A stretch of 64,000 nucleotides of DNA from Elusimicrobiota bacterium (GTDB lineage Bacteria > Elusimicrobiota > Elusimicrobia > UBA1565): contig JBDRPD010000083.1 in assembly GCA_043827405.1 (NCBI GenBank), positions 160,001 through 224,000 on the forward strand, given 5' to 3'. A program made the translations under genes and the position numbers. Numbering within the stretch: position 1 is the first letter of the stretch; each line of letters opens with the position of its first letter. The notes under the pieces were generated by a model, which saw only the letters and a list, made by a program, of their open reading frames with translations, was not told the DNA's origin and did not search any database. This document shows positions 1 through 9,304 of this stretch, in pieces.

Positions 1-2235
1 CGGCTGACGGCGCTGCGCGACGAGCTGCGCGCTTTCAAGAGCGTGAGCTCGGTCGTTACCCTCCTGGACGTTCCGCTGCTGAAGAATCCTCCGGGGCTGC
101 TCAATGAGCTCAAGGATAATATTAAGACGCTCGAGTCGCCGGGCGCCGACCGGCGGCTCGCGATTGCTGAATTTCGCGACAGTCCGATCTACAGCAATAT
201 GCTCGTCAGCCCGGATCTGAAGACGACCGTGCTGCAGGTTAACTTTCAGTCCGACAACGACCACGAGAAGCTCCTGATCCGCCGCTCGGAGCTCCTCGAA
301 AAGAAGTTGGCCGGGCCCCTGCCCGAGGCCGAGCGCGAAGAGCTGGCGCGCATCGAGTTGGAGCACCGGCTGTTCAAGGACCAGCGGCGGGCGCAGCGCC
401 ATGAGGATATCGCCCGCATTCGCGGCGTTATCAAGCGCTACGGCGCCGACGCCCGGTTGTTCCTCGGCGGAGTGCCGATGATCGTCGACGATATACTGTC
501 GTTTATCCGCAGCGACCTCAAGATTTTCGGAGCGGGGATGCTCGGCTTCCTGGTGCTGGCGCTAAGCGTCATCTTCCGCAAGCCGCGCTGGGTGTTTTTG
601 CCGATGCTCTGCTGCGCCGCCTCGACCCTCTCGATGATGGGACTGCTGGGCCTGCTGCGCTGGGACGTGACGGTCGTCTCCTCGAACTTCATCTCCCTGC
701 AGCTCATCTTCACCATGTCTTTGGCGATCCATATCGTCGTGCGCTACCGGGAACTGCTTAAGATCAGCCCGGACGCCGCCAACCGCCGGCTGATCTCCGA
801 TGCCGTCGCGTCCACCTTCATTCCCTGTCTCTATGCGGTTCTGACGACGATCGCGGGCTTTACTTCTCTGGTCGTCTGCGACATCCTGCCCGTCGTCAAT
901 TTCGGCTGGATGATGACGCTGGGCCTGGTCGTTTCGCTGCTCGTCACGTTTCTGCTGCTGCCCGCCTGTCTGGTCCTGATGCCGAAGCATGCGGCCGCAA
1001 CGGAAAAGGATTTCGGCCTCCCCCTGACGGCCTTCTTCGCCGGTTTAACGGAGAGATACGGGCGGGCGATACTCGTGGTGAGCGGCTGTGTGGCGGTGGC
1101 GGTCGTCGCCGGCATTATGCGGCTGGAAGTGGAAAACAGCTTCATCGATTATTTTAAGGAGTCGACCGACATCTACCAAGGGATGCGGTTCATCGACCGG
1201 GAGCTCGGCGGAACGACGCCGCTCGACATCATGCTCGATTTCTCGAAGGAGGAGCCGGCTGAAAAGACGGCGCCGGCGGCGGGCGCTGAGGATGAGGACT
1301 TCGACGATTTCGGGGAGTTCGAGGAAGCGGAGAAGGACCCGTCGAAGTACTGGTATACGAAATCCAAGCTCCAACGCATCAGCGAAGTGCACGACTATCT
1401 CGACGGCTTGCCGGCGACCGGCAAAGTCCTGTCTTTGGCGACGCTGTGGAGGACGGCCGGCGAACTTAATCAGGGGCGGGAGTTTGATAACTTTACGCTG
1501 GCCATCCTGTTCGGACAGATGCCGGATCAGTTCAAGGGCGCACTGGTGACCCCGTACGTCTCGCTCGAGAACAGCCAGGCGCGCCTGACCACGCGCATTA
1601 AGGACTCGATGAAAGATCTTCGCCGCGACGCCCTGATCAAGAAGATCAAGTCGGACCTCGTCAATGTATACGGCCTTAAGGAGAGTGAGTTTCGCGTTAC
1701 GGGCCTGATGGTGCTCTACAATAATATGCTGCAGAGCCTGTTCCGCTCCCAGATTCAGACCATCGGGCTAACGGTCCTGGCGCTGACGCTGATGTTCCTG
1801 GTCCTGTTCCGCTCGCTCAAGATCGCGCTCATCGCGATCTTCCCCAACCTGCTCGCCTCGATGACGGTGCTGGGTGTTATGGGGCTCGCCGGGCTGCCCT
1901 TGGACGTGATGACGATCACGATCTCGGCCATCAGCGTCGGCATTGCCGTGGATAATACCATCCACTACCTGCACCGCTTTCGGCGCGAGATCACTAAGGA
2001 CTGGGACTACCTGCAAACCATGCACCGCTGCCACGCCAGCATCGGTCACGCCATGTACTATACGTCGCTGACGATTACGATCGGCTTCTCGATCCTGTCG
2101 ATGTCCAATTTCATCCCGACGATCCTGTTCGGCCTGCTGACGGCGCTGGCGATGGTGATGGCGCTGGCCGCCTCGCTGAGCCTGCTGCCCCGGCTCCTGA
2201 TCATCTTCCGGCCGTTCGGTACGGGCAAGAGCTGA
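1..2235 (+). CDS. MMPL/RND-superfamily transporter (5' truncated by the window edge)
   Basis: Frame is open from base 1. Two repeats of multiple TM helices are separated by a large soluble loop; GIAVDNTIH and GGTTPLDI motifs are typical of MMPL exporters. Confidence 0.85.
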   Translation, partial: RLTALRDELRAFKSVSSVVTLLDVPLLKNPPGLLNELKDNIKTLESPGADRRLAIAEFRDSPIYSNMLVSPDLKTTVLQVNFQSDNDHEKLLIRRSELLEKKLAGPLPEAEREELARIELEHRLFKDQRRAQRHEDIARIRGVIKRYGADARLFLGGVPMIVDDILSFIRSDLKIFGAGMLGFLVLALSVIFRKPRWVFLPMLCCAASTLSMMGLLGLLRWDVTVVSSNFISLQLIFTMSLAIHIVVRYRELLKISPDAANRRLISDAVASTFIPCLYAVLTTIAGFTSLVVCDILPVVNFGWMMTLGLVVSLLVTFLLLPACLVLMPKHAAATEKDFGLPLTAFFAGLTERYGRAILVVSGCVAVAVVAGIMRLEVENSFIDYFKESTDIYQGMRFIDRELGGTTPLDIMLDFSKEEPAEKTAPAAGAEDEDFDDFGEFEEAEKDPSKYWYTKSKLQRISEVHDYLDGLPATGKVLSLATLWRTAGELNQGREFDNFTLAILFGQMPDQFKGALVTPYVSLENSQARLTTRIKDSMKDLRRDALIKKIKSDLVNVYGLKESEFRVTGLMVLYNNMLQSLFRSQIQTIGLTVLALTLMFLVLFRSLKIALIAIFPNLLASMTVLGVMGLAGLPLDVMTITISAISVGIAVDNTIHYLHRFRREITKDWDYLQTMHRCHASIGHAMYYTSLTITIGFSILSMSNFIPTILFGLLTALAMVMALAASLSLLPRLLIIFRPFGTGKS

Positions 2236-2239
2236 AGTT

Positions 2240-3628
2240 ATGCCGAAGCTGAAATCCATCTATATCTGCCAGGAGTGCGGCCAGTCCACGACCAAGTGGG
2301 CGGGCCAGTGTCCGGCCTGCCGCGCCTGGAATACTTTGGTCGAGGAGGTCGTCGAAGAGCGGCCCGCCGCGGCGGTCAAGAGCGCGCCGCGGCCGCTGAC
2401 GGACTTCACTTCCGAAACGGTCCCCCTGGCCGATGTCCAGGCGGCGGAGGCCGCGCGGACGCCGACGCGCCTGAGCGAGCTGGACCGCCTGCTGGGCGGC
2501 GGGCTGGTGCCCGGACACGTGCTGCTTCTCGCCGGAGCCCCCGGGATCGGGAAATCCACTTTGATGCTGCACGCCGCCGGCAGCCTGGCGGCCGCGGGCA
2601 AGGTCCTTTATGTCAGCGGCGAGGAGTCTCTCAGCCAGGTCAGCGGCCGCGCCAAGCGGCTGGGCCTGCGGGGCGAAGGCATCTACCTGCTGGCGGAGAC
2701 CGATCTGGTGAAGATTTTGGACGCGATCCGCAAGCATGAGCCGCGCTTTATCGTTATCGATTCGGTGCAGACCGTCTATCATCCCGAGCTGGGGGGCGGC
2801 CCGGGCTCGGTCGGACAGGTGCGCGAGTGCGCCGCCGAGCTCCTGCGGGCGGTCAAGCAGCGGGACGCGGCGCTGTTTCTGCTGGGGCATGTCACCAAGG
2901 AGGGCAGCGTCGCCGGGCCCAAGGTCCTTGAGCATATCGTCGACACGGTCCTGCAGTTCGACACCGAAAAGCATCATCAGCTGCGCGTGCTGCGGGCGCA
3001 GAAGAACCGCTTCGGACCGACCTCCGAGATCGGAATCTTCGAGATGCGCGAGGACGGGCTGCATGGGGTAACCGATGCCTCGGCCTTTTTTATTGAGGAA
3101 CTCGACCGGGCCCCGGTACCCGGGCGCGCGATCTCGGTGGCGGTTGAGGGCTCCCGGCCGATGCTCGTCGAAGTACAGGCGCTGGTGTCGCCGACCCGCT
3201 ATCCCTTGCCGCGGCGCATGGCGACCGGTATCGACGTCAACCGCGTGCTGGTGCTGGTAGCGGCGCTGGAGAAGCATCTGGCGGTGCGCTTTGAGAATCA
3301 GGATATCTTCGTGAACCTGGCCGGCGGGGTGCGGCTGCGCGATCCCGCGATTGATTTGGCGGTGTGCCTGGCGCTTGTTTCCTCGGCGCGCGAGGCCGCG
3401 CTGCCGTCGGATCAGGTCTATATCGGCGAGGTCGGCTTGCTGGGCGGCCTCGGCCGGGTCGCTTTTCTTACCGAGCGGCTGCAGGCGGCCGAGCGCGTCG
3501 GCTTTAAGAGCGCGGTCATCCCCAGCCGGTCGCGCAAGGACCTCGCCGGCGGCAAAAGAAAGCTGCGGCTCGTCCTGCAGGAAGCCGACGACATGGTCGC
3601 CGCTGTCGGCCGGGTACTAAAAATATGA
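2240..3628 (+). CDS. radA: DNA repair protein RadA/Sms
   Basis: N-terminal CQECG..CPAC zinc finger, Walker A GAPGIGKST, KNRFG motif, Lon-like C-terminal domain. Confidence 0.97.
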   Translation: MPKLKSIYICQECGQSTTKWAGQCPACRAWNTLVEEVVEERPAAAVKSAPRPLTDFTSETVPLADVQAAEAARTPTRLSELDRLLGGGLVPGHVLLLAGAPGIGKSTLMLHAAGSLAAAGKVLYVSGEESLSQVSGRAKRLGLRGEGIYLLAETDLVKILDAIRKHEPRFIVIDSVQTVYHPELGGGPGSVGQVRECAAELLRAVKQRDAALFLLGHVTKEGSVAGPKVLEHIVDTVLQFDTEKHHQLRVLRAQKNRFGPTSEIGIFEMREDGLHGVTDASAFFIEELDRAPVPGRAISVAVEGSRPMLVEVQALVSPTRYPLPRRMATGIDVNRVLVLVAALEKHLAVRFENQDIFVNLAGGVRLRDPAIDLAVCLALVSSAREAALPSDQVYIGEVGLLGGLGRVAFLTERLQAAERVGFKSAVIPSRSRKDLAGGKRKLRLVLQEADDMVAAVGRVLKI

Positions 3629-3638
3629 GGGAGTCATT

Positions 3639-4637
3639 ATGATTACATGGCTGTATCGAGTAATGGTTTTGGTCGGCTGTCCCGCTCTCGTCTACTTTCA
3701 GATCGCCAAAGACCCGCGGGCGGTGCTTATCGGGCTCGGCGTCGGCGTCGTCCTCGTGGTGTTTGAGCTGCTGCTTGAGAAGATCAGTCTTATTACCTTG
3801 GTTTCCGGCGTTCTCGGCGCGAGCGCGGGGCTCATTATGGCGAAGCTCGCCGACTATACGGCCTTCCAGGTCGGCGACGAGGCCTTTTATCATGCCTGGG
3901 GCAAGTATTCCGCGCTGCGCTACTTCGCCTTCGGCATCCTCGGCATGTTCGTGACCATCCGCAAGATCCTGCCTGAGATCGATACCCTGGACAAGGATAT
4001 TCTGGCGATTTCCAAGCGCCGGGGATCCAATATGAAGGTCCTCGATACCAGCGCCATTATCGACGGCCGGGTCGTGGATATCTGCGAGACCCATTTTATC
4101 GGCGGCTCGCTGATCGTTCCGCGCTTTGTCCTTAACGCGCTGCAGCACATGGCGGACTCCGGCGACAGCATGAAGCGCGCGCGCGGCCGGCGCGGACTCG
4201 ACATCCTGGCGCGCCTGCAGGAGAACCCGGAAATCCCGCTCAAGATCATCGACAAGGACGTCCCCGAGATCGAGGACACGGACGCCAAGGTCGTGCGGCT
4301 GGCCAAGCAGCTCGGCGGCAAGGTTTTTACGACGGACTTCAATCTCAATAAGATCGCGTCTCTGGAGGGCGTGCAGGTCCTCAACGTCAACGACCTGACC
4401 AACGCGCTCAAGCCGGTGGTGCTGCCGGGCGAGAAGATGTCGCTGTTTGTCATGAAAGAGGGCAAGGAGCGCAGCCAGGGGGTCGGCTATCTCGACGACG
4501 GAACCATGGTGGTCGTCGAAGACGGCAAGTCGTATATCGGCGAACGCATCGATCTTGTGGTTACTTCCATCCTGCAGACTTCGCAGGGCCGGATGATATT
4601 CGGCAAGTTCCAGGAGCCCGAACAGGAGCCGGCCTAG
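3639..4637 (+). CDS. yacL: Membrane PIN/TRAM-domain protein (YacL family)
   Basis: N-terminal TM helices, LDTSAIIDGR PIN motif, RGRRGLDIL, QGVGYLDDGTMVVVE TRAM motif; follows radA. Confidence 0.9.
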   Translation: MITWLYRVMVLVGCPALVYFQIAKDPRAVLIGLGVGVVLVVFELLLEKISLITLVSGVLGASAGLIMAKLADYTAFQVGDEAFYHAWGKYSALRYFAFGILGMFVTIRKILPEIDTLDKDILAISKRRGSNMKVLDTSAIIDGRVVDICETHFIGGSLIVPRFVLNALQHMADSGDSMKRARGRRGLDILARLQENPEIPLKIIDKDVPEIEDTDAKVVRLAKQLGGKVFTTDFNLNKIASLEGVQVLNVNDLTNALKPVVLPGEKMSLFVMKEGKERSQGVGYLDDGTMVVVEDGKSYIGERIDLVVTSILQTSQGRMIFGKFQEPEQEPA

Positions 4638-6706
4638 CGGTCTTCTTCTTCCGCCGGCAGGTCCGCCAGCGAGTCGGGGAGCTGCTCCAGCATCCGCAGG
4701 AAGTCCTTGACGTCGGGCATCCGCGTCCGGTGGTCGAGGTCGAGCGCGCGCTCAAGCAGCACGGTCAGGCGCGGGTCCGGCTCGCGTCCGCCGATATGCG
4801 GGAGTTCGCCGGTCAGCATCTCGTAGCAGCATAAGCCCAGCGAATAGATGTCCGAGATCGGCGTCGTCTCTCCGCGCTTAGCCTCGGGCGCCGCGTAGCG
4901 TTCGGCGCCTTCCCCGGTGGTGCGCGCCAGCACGAAATCCGAGACCTTGATATAGCCCTTATTGGTCACGATGATGCGCTCGGGGCTCAAGCCCCCGTGC
5001 GCTATGCCGTGATGGTGCGCATGCTCCAGGGCGCGGCAGACGGGGATCAGGATGTCGCGCACCTGGCCGACCGGGAATTCGCCGACCTCTTCCAGGATGC
5101 TGTGAACGCTCTTGCCCGGGGTGTAGCCGTAGACGATATAGAGTCCGGAGGCGATATCGAGAATCTCGTAGAGGTCGACGATATTGGGATGGCGCAGCTT
5201 GGCCGCCGCGCGCGCCTCGTCGAGGCGGCGGGCGCGCTCTTCGGCGGGCTGGGCCTTGCTGCCGGCGTAGAGCCGCTTGATGAGGGCGGCGCGGCCCAGC
5301 GTCTGGTCCTGCGCCTTCCATATTTCGACGGTTCCGTCGTAGCCCATGAAGCGGATTAGATCGTACTTCTCGGCGATCGTCATATTGCGCCGCAGCTTCA
5401 GCGGCGGCAGCGGGGTGCGTGAGATTATTGTTGTTTTCGTTTCTGTCTTCTGCTTCGGGGCGACGTTTTCCGTCCAGGAGCGGAGGCGCTTGGCGACGGT
5501 TCCGAAGGCGTCCAGCTTCGTCTGCTTCGGGTCTTTACGGCGGCGCGTCAGCATCACGATCGCCGCCATGAGAGCGACTCCGAGCAGCGCCCCTAGTATC
5601 ATGAAAAGCGCGTTGGTGCCCGAGCCGCCCTGCGCTGTCGCCGCCGCCGGCGCCTCCTCGTCGCGCAGCAGCTTCCAGCTGCTGCCTTCGGCATCGAACA
5701 GGTCGCGGCTGTCGGCGTATTTTAGGTAGCGCAAAAAGCGAGCCGGGTCCAGCTTGGCGGCGATGCGCAGGTTCTGCATCCGCAGCTCTTTGTCTCCGCT
5801 CTGCTCATGCGCCAGCGCCAGCAGGAAGAAGGCGTCCGCGTTATGCGGTGCCAACGCGGTCGCATAAGTTGCGCTTTCCACCGCTTCGGCGAAGCGTTTC
5901 TGCTCCAGCAGGCTTTGCGTCAGGATGATGACCGCTTTGATGTCGCCGGTGCCGCCGACCATGGCGGAGCGCGCCGCGGCCTCGGCCTCGGGGAGGCGGT
6001 TGCCGCGCAGCAGCTTCTCCGCCTGACGCAGCGGGGCGCCGCGCACGGCGTTGGTCGCCGCAGCGCGGGGCAAATCCTTTTCTGTCGCCGGGCGGGGCGG
6101 GGGTTCGGCGAATTTCTTAAACGCCGGCCAATCCGACACGGAGGAGGTCGCCGGTATGCTCGCCGGCGATGCGTCCCCGGCGCTTTTCGGGCTCTTGCGC
6201 GCGGGTTCGCGCCGCGTCGCGCGCGCGCCCGCGTCCTGATTATTATCCTGGTCGCCGCCGGATTTTCTGAACTTCCAGTGATCCCGAGTGCTTATGTCGG
6301 GCCGCGGGTCGCGCTTGAGGCTCTGCGCCGGGGGCTTGACGTCGAGGTTGTTGTAGCCCGCGGGGCGGGTATAGGATACGTCGCCCGCGGGCTTCTGCTC
6401 TACGATCGGCTTTTGCGCGTTGAGGTTCTGCAGCATGAGGTCGATCTGTTCGCGCTGTTCGGGGGGGAGAGATTCATTGGCGGAGATCTTCTTCAGGGTA
6501 TCGATCTGCCGCATCAGCAGTACCGCGTCGTCCATCTGCTTTTGGCCGTCCTGCATGGAATATTCGTAGTCCTTGTCCTTGCGCTTGCCGGATTTCTGCT
6601 TATCGCCGGACGCTTTCTGCGGCGGCGGGTCGGCGTTCTGCGGCGCGGCGGCGATCAGCAGCGACGCGGCGAGAAGGCCGGCGGAGCAGCGGAGGAAGCT
6701 CCTCAT
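4634..6706 (-). CDS. Signal peptide + TPR + TM + Ser/Thr kinase-fold domain (probable pseudokinase)
   Basis: HPNIV, APE and SDIYSLG kinase motifs present. Catalytic loop reads HGGLSPER and DFG reads DFV. TPR-like helices precede the TM segment. Confidence 0.8.
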   Translation of the reverse strand: MRSFLRCSAGLLAASLLIAAAPQNADPPPQKASGDKQKSGKRKDKDYEYSMQDGQKQMDDAVLLMRQIDTLKKISANESLPPEQREQIDLMLQNLNAQKPIVEQKPAGDVSYTRPAGYNNLDVKPPAQSLKRDPRPDISTRDHWKFRKSGGDQDNNQDAGARATRREPARKSPKSAGDASPASIPATSSVSDWPAFKKFAEPPPRPATEKDLPRAAATNAVRGAPLRQAEKLLRGNRLPEAEAAARSAMVGGTGDIKAVIILTQSLLEQKRFAEAVESATYATALAPHNADAFFLLALAHEQSGDKELRMQNLRIAAKLDPARFLRYLKYADSRDLFDAEGSSWKLLRDEEAPAAATAQGGSGTNALFMILGALLGVALMAAIVMLTRRRKDPKQTKLDAFGTVAKRLRSWTENVAPKQKTETKTTIISRTPLPPLKLRRNMTIAEKYDLIRFMGYDGTVEIWKAQDQTLGRAALIKRLYAGSKAQPAEERARRLDEARAAAKLRHPNIVDLYEILDIASGLYIVYGYTPGKSVHSILEEVGEFPVGQVRDILIPVCRALEHAHHHGIAHGGLSPERIIVTNKGYIKVSDFVLARTTGEGAERYAAPEAKRGETTPISDIYSLGLCCYEMLTGELPHIGGREPDPRLTVLLERALDLDHRTRMPDVKDFLRMLEQLPDSLADLPAEEEDR

Positions 6707-8103
6707 TTCTTTTTGTGGTAAAAGTCCTTTCCGGGCTGGATCTTAAGCATCATGCCCGGGCGCAGGAGGCGCGGGTTATGGATATTGTTCTGCTGCATGA
6801 TATTTTTGACCGTGGTCCGGTAGCTGCGGGCGATTTTTCCGAGGTAGTCTCCGCGGCGGACCTTGTAGCGGACGAGCTCCGGCCCGGGGTTCCAATCCTT
6901 CACTGCGGCAAGTTTTTTCAGGAACTCCTCCTTGACGCCCTGCGGGATGCGCAGCGGAAAGCCGGGGCGGTTGCGGGGCGTGCACCAGGCGCGGATATGC
7001 GGATTGAGCCGCTGGATCACTTCCTTGGTTGTCCCGGCGCACTTGGCCGCGATGCCGAGATCGAGGTCGCGGTCGAGCTCCACGATGTCGTAGGGTTCGG
7101 GTTCCTCGTAGTTGGGCTTGATGCCGTAGTTTTCCGGAGCTTCGCCGATGAGCACGCAGGCCATGAATTTCGGCACATAGTTGTGCGTCTCCTGCGGCAG
7201 GACCTTGCGGTCCGCCAGCTTGCCGAAGTCGGCCGAGTTGGAAAACTTAAGATCGCGGCCGATGCCGTTGAGCCCCCGGTTGTAGGCGGCCAGCGCCAGG
7301 TGCCAGTCCTTGAACCACTGGTGCAGGTCGCTCAGATGACGGATCGCGGCCTTGGTCGCCTTCTCCGGGTCGAACCGTTCGTCGACCCAGTACGAAACCT
7401 CCAGGCCGTAGGCGCGCGCGGTGAAGGGCATGAACTGCCATAAGCCCGCGGCCCCGGAGCGGGAGACCGCGTTGCGCTTGTATTCGCTCTCGGTCATGAC
7501 GAGGTAGAAGAGCTCGCGCGGCAGGCCCGCTTGGCGCAGCTCGGACTCGATGAAAGCGCGGTAGCGTCCGGAGCGTTCCAGCGCTTCACGGACGGAATCG
7601 GGCCGCTTTTCAGTGTAGAGCTGGATAAACTTCTTGGTGATCTCGTTTTCCGGATCGATCTCGATGGTATGCTGCTGGGAGGAAATGGGAGCGGCCGGCG
7701 CGGGCGGGGTCTCCTCGAGCACTTCAGCGGAAACCTGCAGGTCGGAGGGGTACTCGGTCTGTGTTTCGCCCGCCTCCCAGGTCCGGACCTTCTCGAGCAT
7801 GCTCAGAAAATCGGCCTTAAGCTCGATCGTCAGCTGGTCCTCCTCCAGCGAGGAGGTCAGCAGGGCAAAGGCTTTCTTGACGGCCGCCCGCGCCTGGCGG
7901 ACCTTGCCTTCCTGAAAGAGCTTGATCCCCTGTTCGTATTGGCTCTCCGCCACCCGCAGCTGTTCGAGGAGCAGCGCGTCCGGATCGGCGTTCTCTTCCT
8001 GTCGGTCGGAGGCGTAGACGGGCGCCTCGGGCGGCGAGGTGTCGGGCGGCAATGCCCGCGCCGCGGGAACGAGCAGCAGCAGCAGCGCGGCGAACGGTTT
8101 CAC
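6703..8103 (-). CDS. mltD: Lytic murein transglycosylase with LysM domain (MltD-like)
   Basis: MTES catalytic Glu, GAAGLWQFMP, AAYNRG, ETHNYVPK; C-terminal LysM YKVRRGDYLGKIA. Confidence 0.9.
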   Translation of the reverse strand: MKPFAALLLLLVPAARALPPDTSPPEAPVYASDRQEENADPDALLLEQLRVAESQYEQGIKLFQEGKVRQARAAVKKAFALLTSSLEEDQLTIELKADFLSMLEKVRTWEAGETQTEYPSDLQVSAEVLEETPPAPAAPISSQQHTIEIDPENEITKKFIQLYTEKRPDSVREALERSGRYRAFIESELRQAGLPRELFYLVMTESEYKRNAVSRSGAAGLWQFMPFTARAYGLEVSYWVDERFDPEKATKAAIRHLSDLHQWFKDWHLALAAYNRGLNGIGRDLKFSNSADFGKLADRKVLPQETHNYVPKFMACVLIGEAPENYGIKPNYEEPEPYDIVELDRDLDLGIAAKCAGTTKEVIQRLNPHIRAWCTPRNRPGFPLRIPQGVKEEFLKKLAAVKDWNPGPELVRYKVRRGDYLGKIARSYRTTVKNIMQQNNIHNPRLLRPGMMLKIQPGKDFYHKKK

Positions 8104-9243
8104 CTAGGCCAGCTTCTTGCCGCAGCCGCCGCAGAACTTCACGGTCGGTCCCGCTTGCGCGCCGCACTTCGGGCAGGCGATCGAGCCGAGTCCCTTGCCG
8201 CAGTTCTGGCAGAACTTGGCGCCGGCGGCGACGTCGGCCTTGCAGCCGGGGCATTTGGCTGTCGGCGCGACGACCGGCTTGCCGCATTCGGGGCAGAATT
8301 TCGCGGTGGCCGGCACCTGGGCGTTGCACTGGTCGTTGGTGCAGGAAGCCGTCTGCTGCGGCTGCGTCGAGGCGGCCGAGCCCATGACGCCCGCCATCAT
8401 CCCGCCCATGCCGGCGCCGGCGCCCAGGCCCATGCCCAGGCCCATGCCGCCGCCCATCATGCCGCCGCCCTCGTTTTTGGCCGCGCCCTCCATGGTGTCG
8501 AAGGTGCGCTTCATGCGGTAGTTCTGGCCGCCGAGGATGTCGATTTCGGCCCGCTCGGAAAGGGCTTTCTTCAGGCGCTTGACGGTATCGTCGTCGTCCG
8601 GGACGTTGACCGACTGCAGCATGAAGTTGACCAGCTGGATGCCGAAGTTCGCGAAATCCTTGCCGATCTTCTTATGCAGATCTTCGGAGAGGTCCTCGAG
8701 GTAAGCGCTGATTTCGAGCAGGTTGATCTTCTTGCGGATGATCGTCTCCGCGATGTAGTCCTTGGCCTTGGTCAGGATGATGCCGCGGAAGTAGTCGGTC
8801 AGGGCGTTGACCGTGAACTCGTTCTGCGTACCCGCCAGCTGGACCACGAACTTGCGCGCGTCCGTGACGCGCACGCCGAACTGCCCGAAAGCGCGTATCG
8901 GCAGGAAGATGTTGTACTTTGGGTCCAGGATCGGGATCGGGGATTTTGTACCCCACTTCACATCGAGCTTGGTGGCCTTGTTGATGAAGTATATCTCGGC
9001 CGCGAACGGAGTCTCGCCGCCGAACGGGGCCTTGATCAGGCGCCGGAGGAGCGGAATGTTCAGGGTGCGCAGAGTATGCGTCCCGGGGCCGAGCAGATCA
9101 AGCGCCTGGCCGCCCTTGAAGAACAGGGCCTCCTGGGATTGGTTGACGATGACCTGCGTGCCCCAGGTCAGGTCGTCCGGAGGATGCCGCCAAACCAAGA
9201 TGTCCGCCGGGCCGTCAAATTTTACTCTGTCGATTATCGCCAT
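8104..9243 (-). CDS. SPFH/Band-7 protein with C-terminal zinc ribbons (YdjI-like)
   Basis: IVNQSQEALFFKGG..GPGTHTL and ETPFAAEIYFIN, Gly/Met-rich linker, repeated CxxC. GGAGG precedes the ATG at 9243. Confidence 0.85.
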   Translation of the reverse strand: MAIIDRVKFDGPADILVWRHPPDDLTWGTQVIVNQSQEALFFKGGQALDLLGPGTHTLRTLNIPLLRRLIKAPFGGETPFAAEIYFINKATKLDVKWGTKSPIPILDPKYNIFLPIRAFGQFGVRVTDARKFVVQLAGTQNEFTVNALTDYFRGIILTKAKDYIAETIIRKKINLLEISAYLEDLSEDLHKKIGKDFANFGIQLVNFMLQSVNVPDDDDTVKRLKKALSERAEIDILGGQNYRMKRTFDTMEGAAKNEGGGMMGGGMGLGMGLGAGAGMGGMMAGVMGSAASTQPQQTASCTNDQCNAQVPATAKFCPECGKPVVAPTAKCPGCKADVAAGAKFCQNCGKGLGSIACPKCGAQAGPTVKFCGGCGKKLA

Positions 9244-9268
9244 ATTCCCTCCGCAGAAAAGCAAAGTT

Positions 9269-9297
9269 AGCTTAAGACTCCGTCCGACGGTTGTCAA
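9269..9297 (-). promoter_or_regulatory. Putative sigma70 promoter upstream of the SPFH gene
   Basis: Minus strand TTGACA-N17-TAAGCT in the only sizeable gap of the operon. Confidence 0.6.
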
Positions 9298-9304
9298 GCC
9301 CTCA

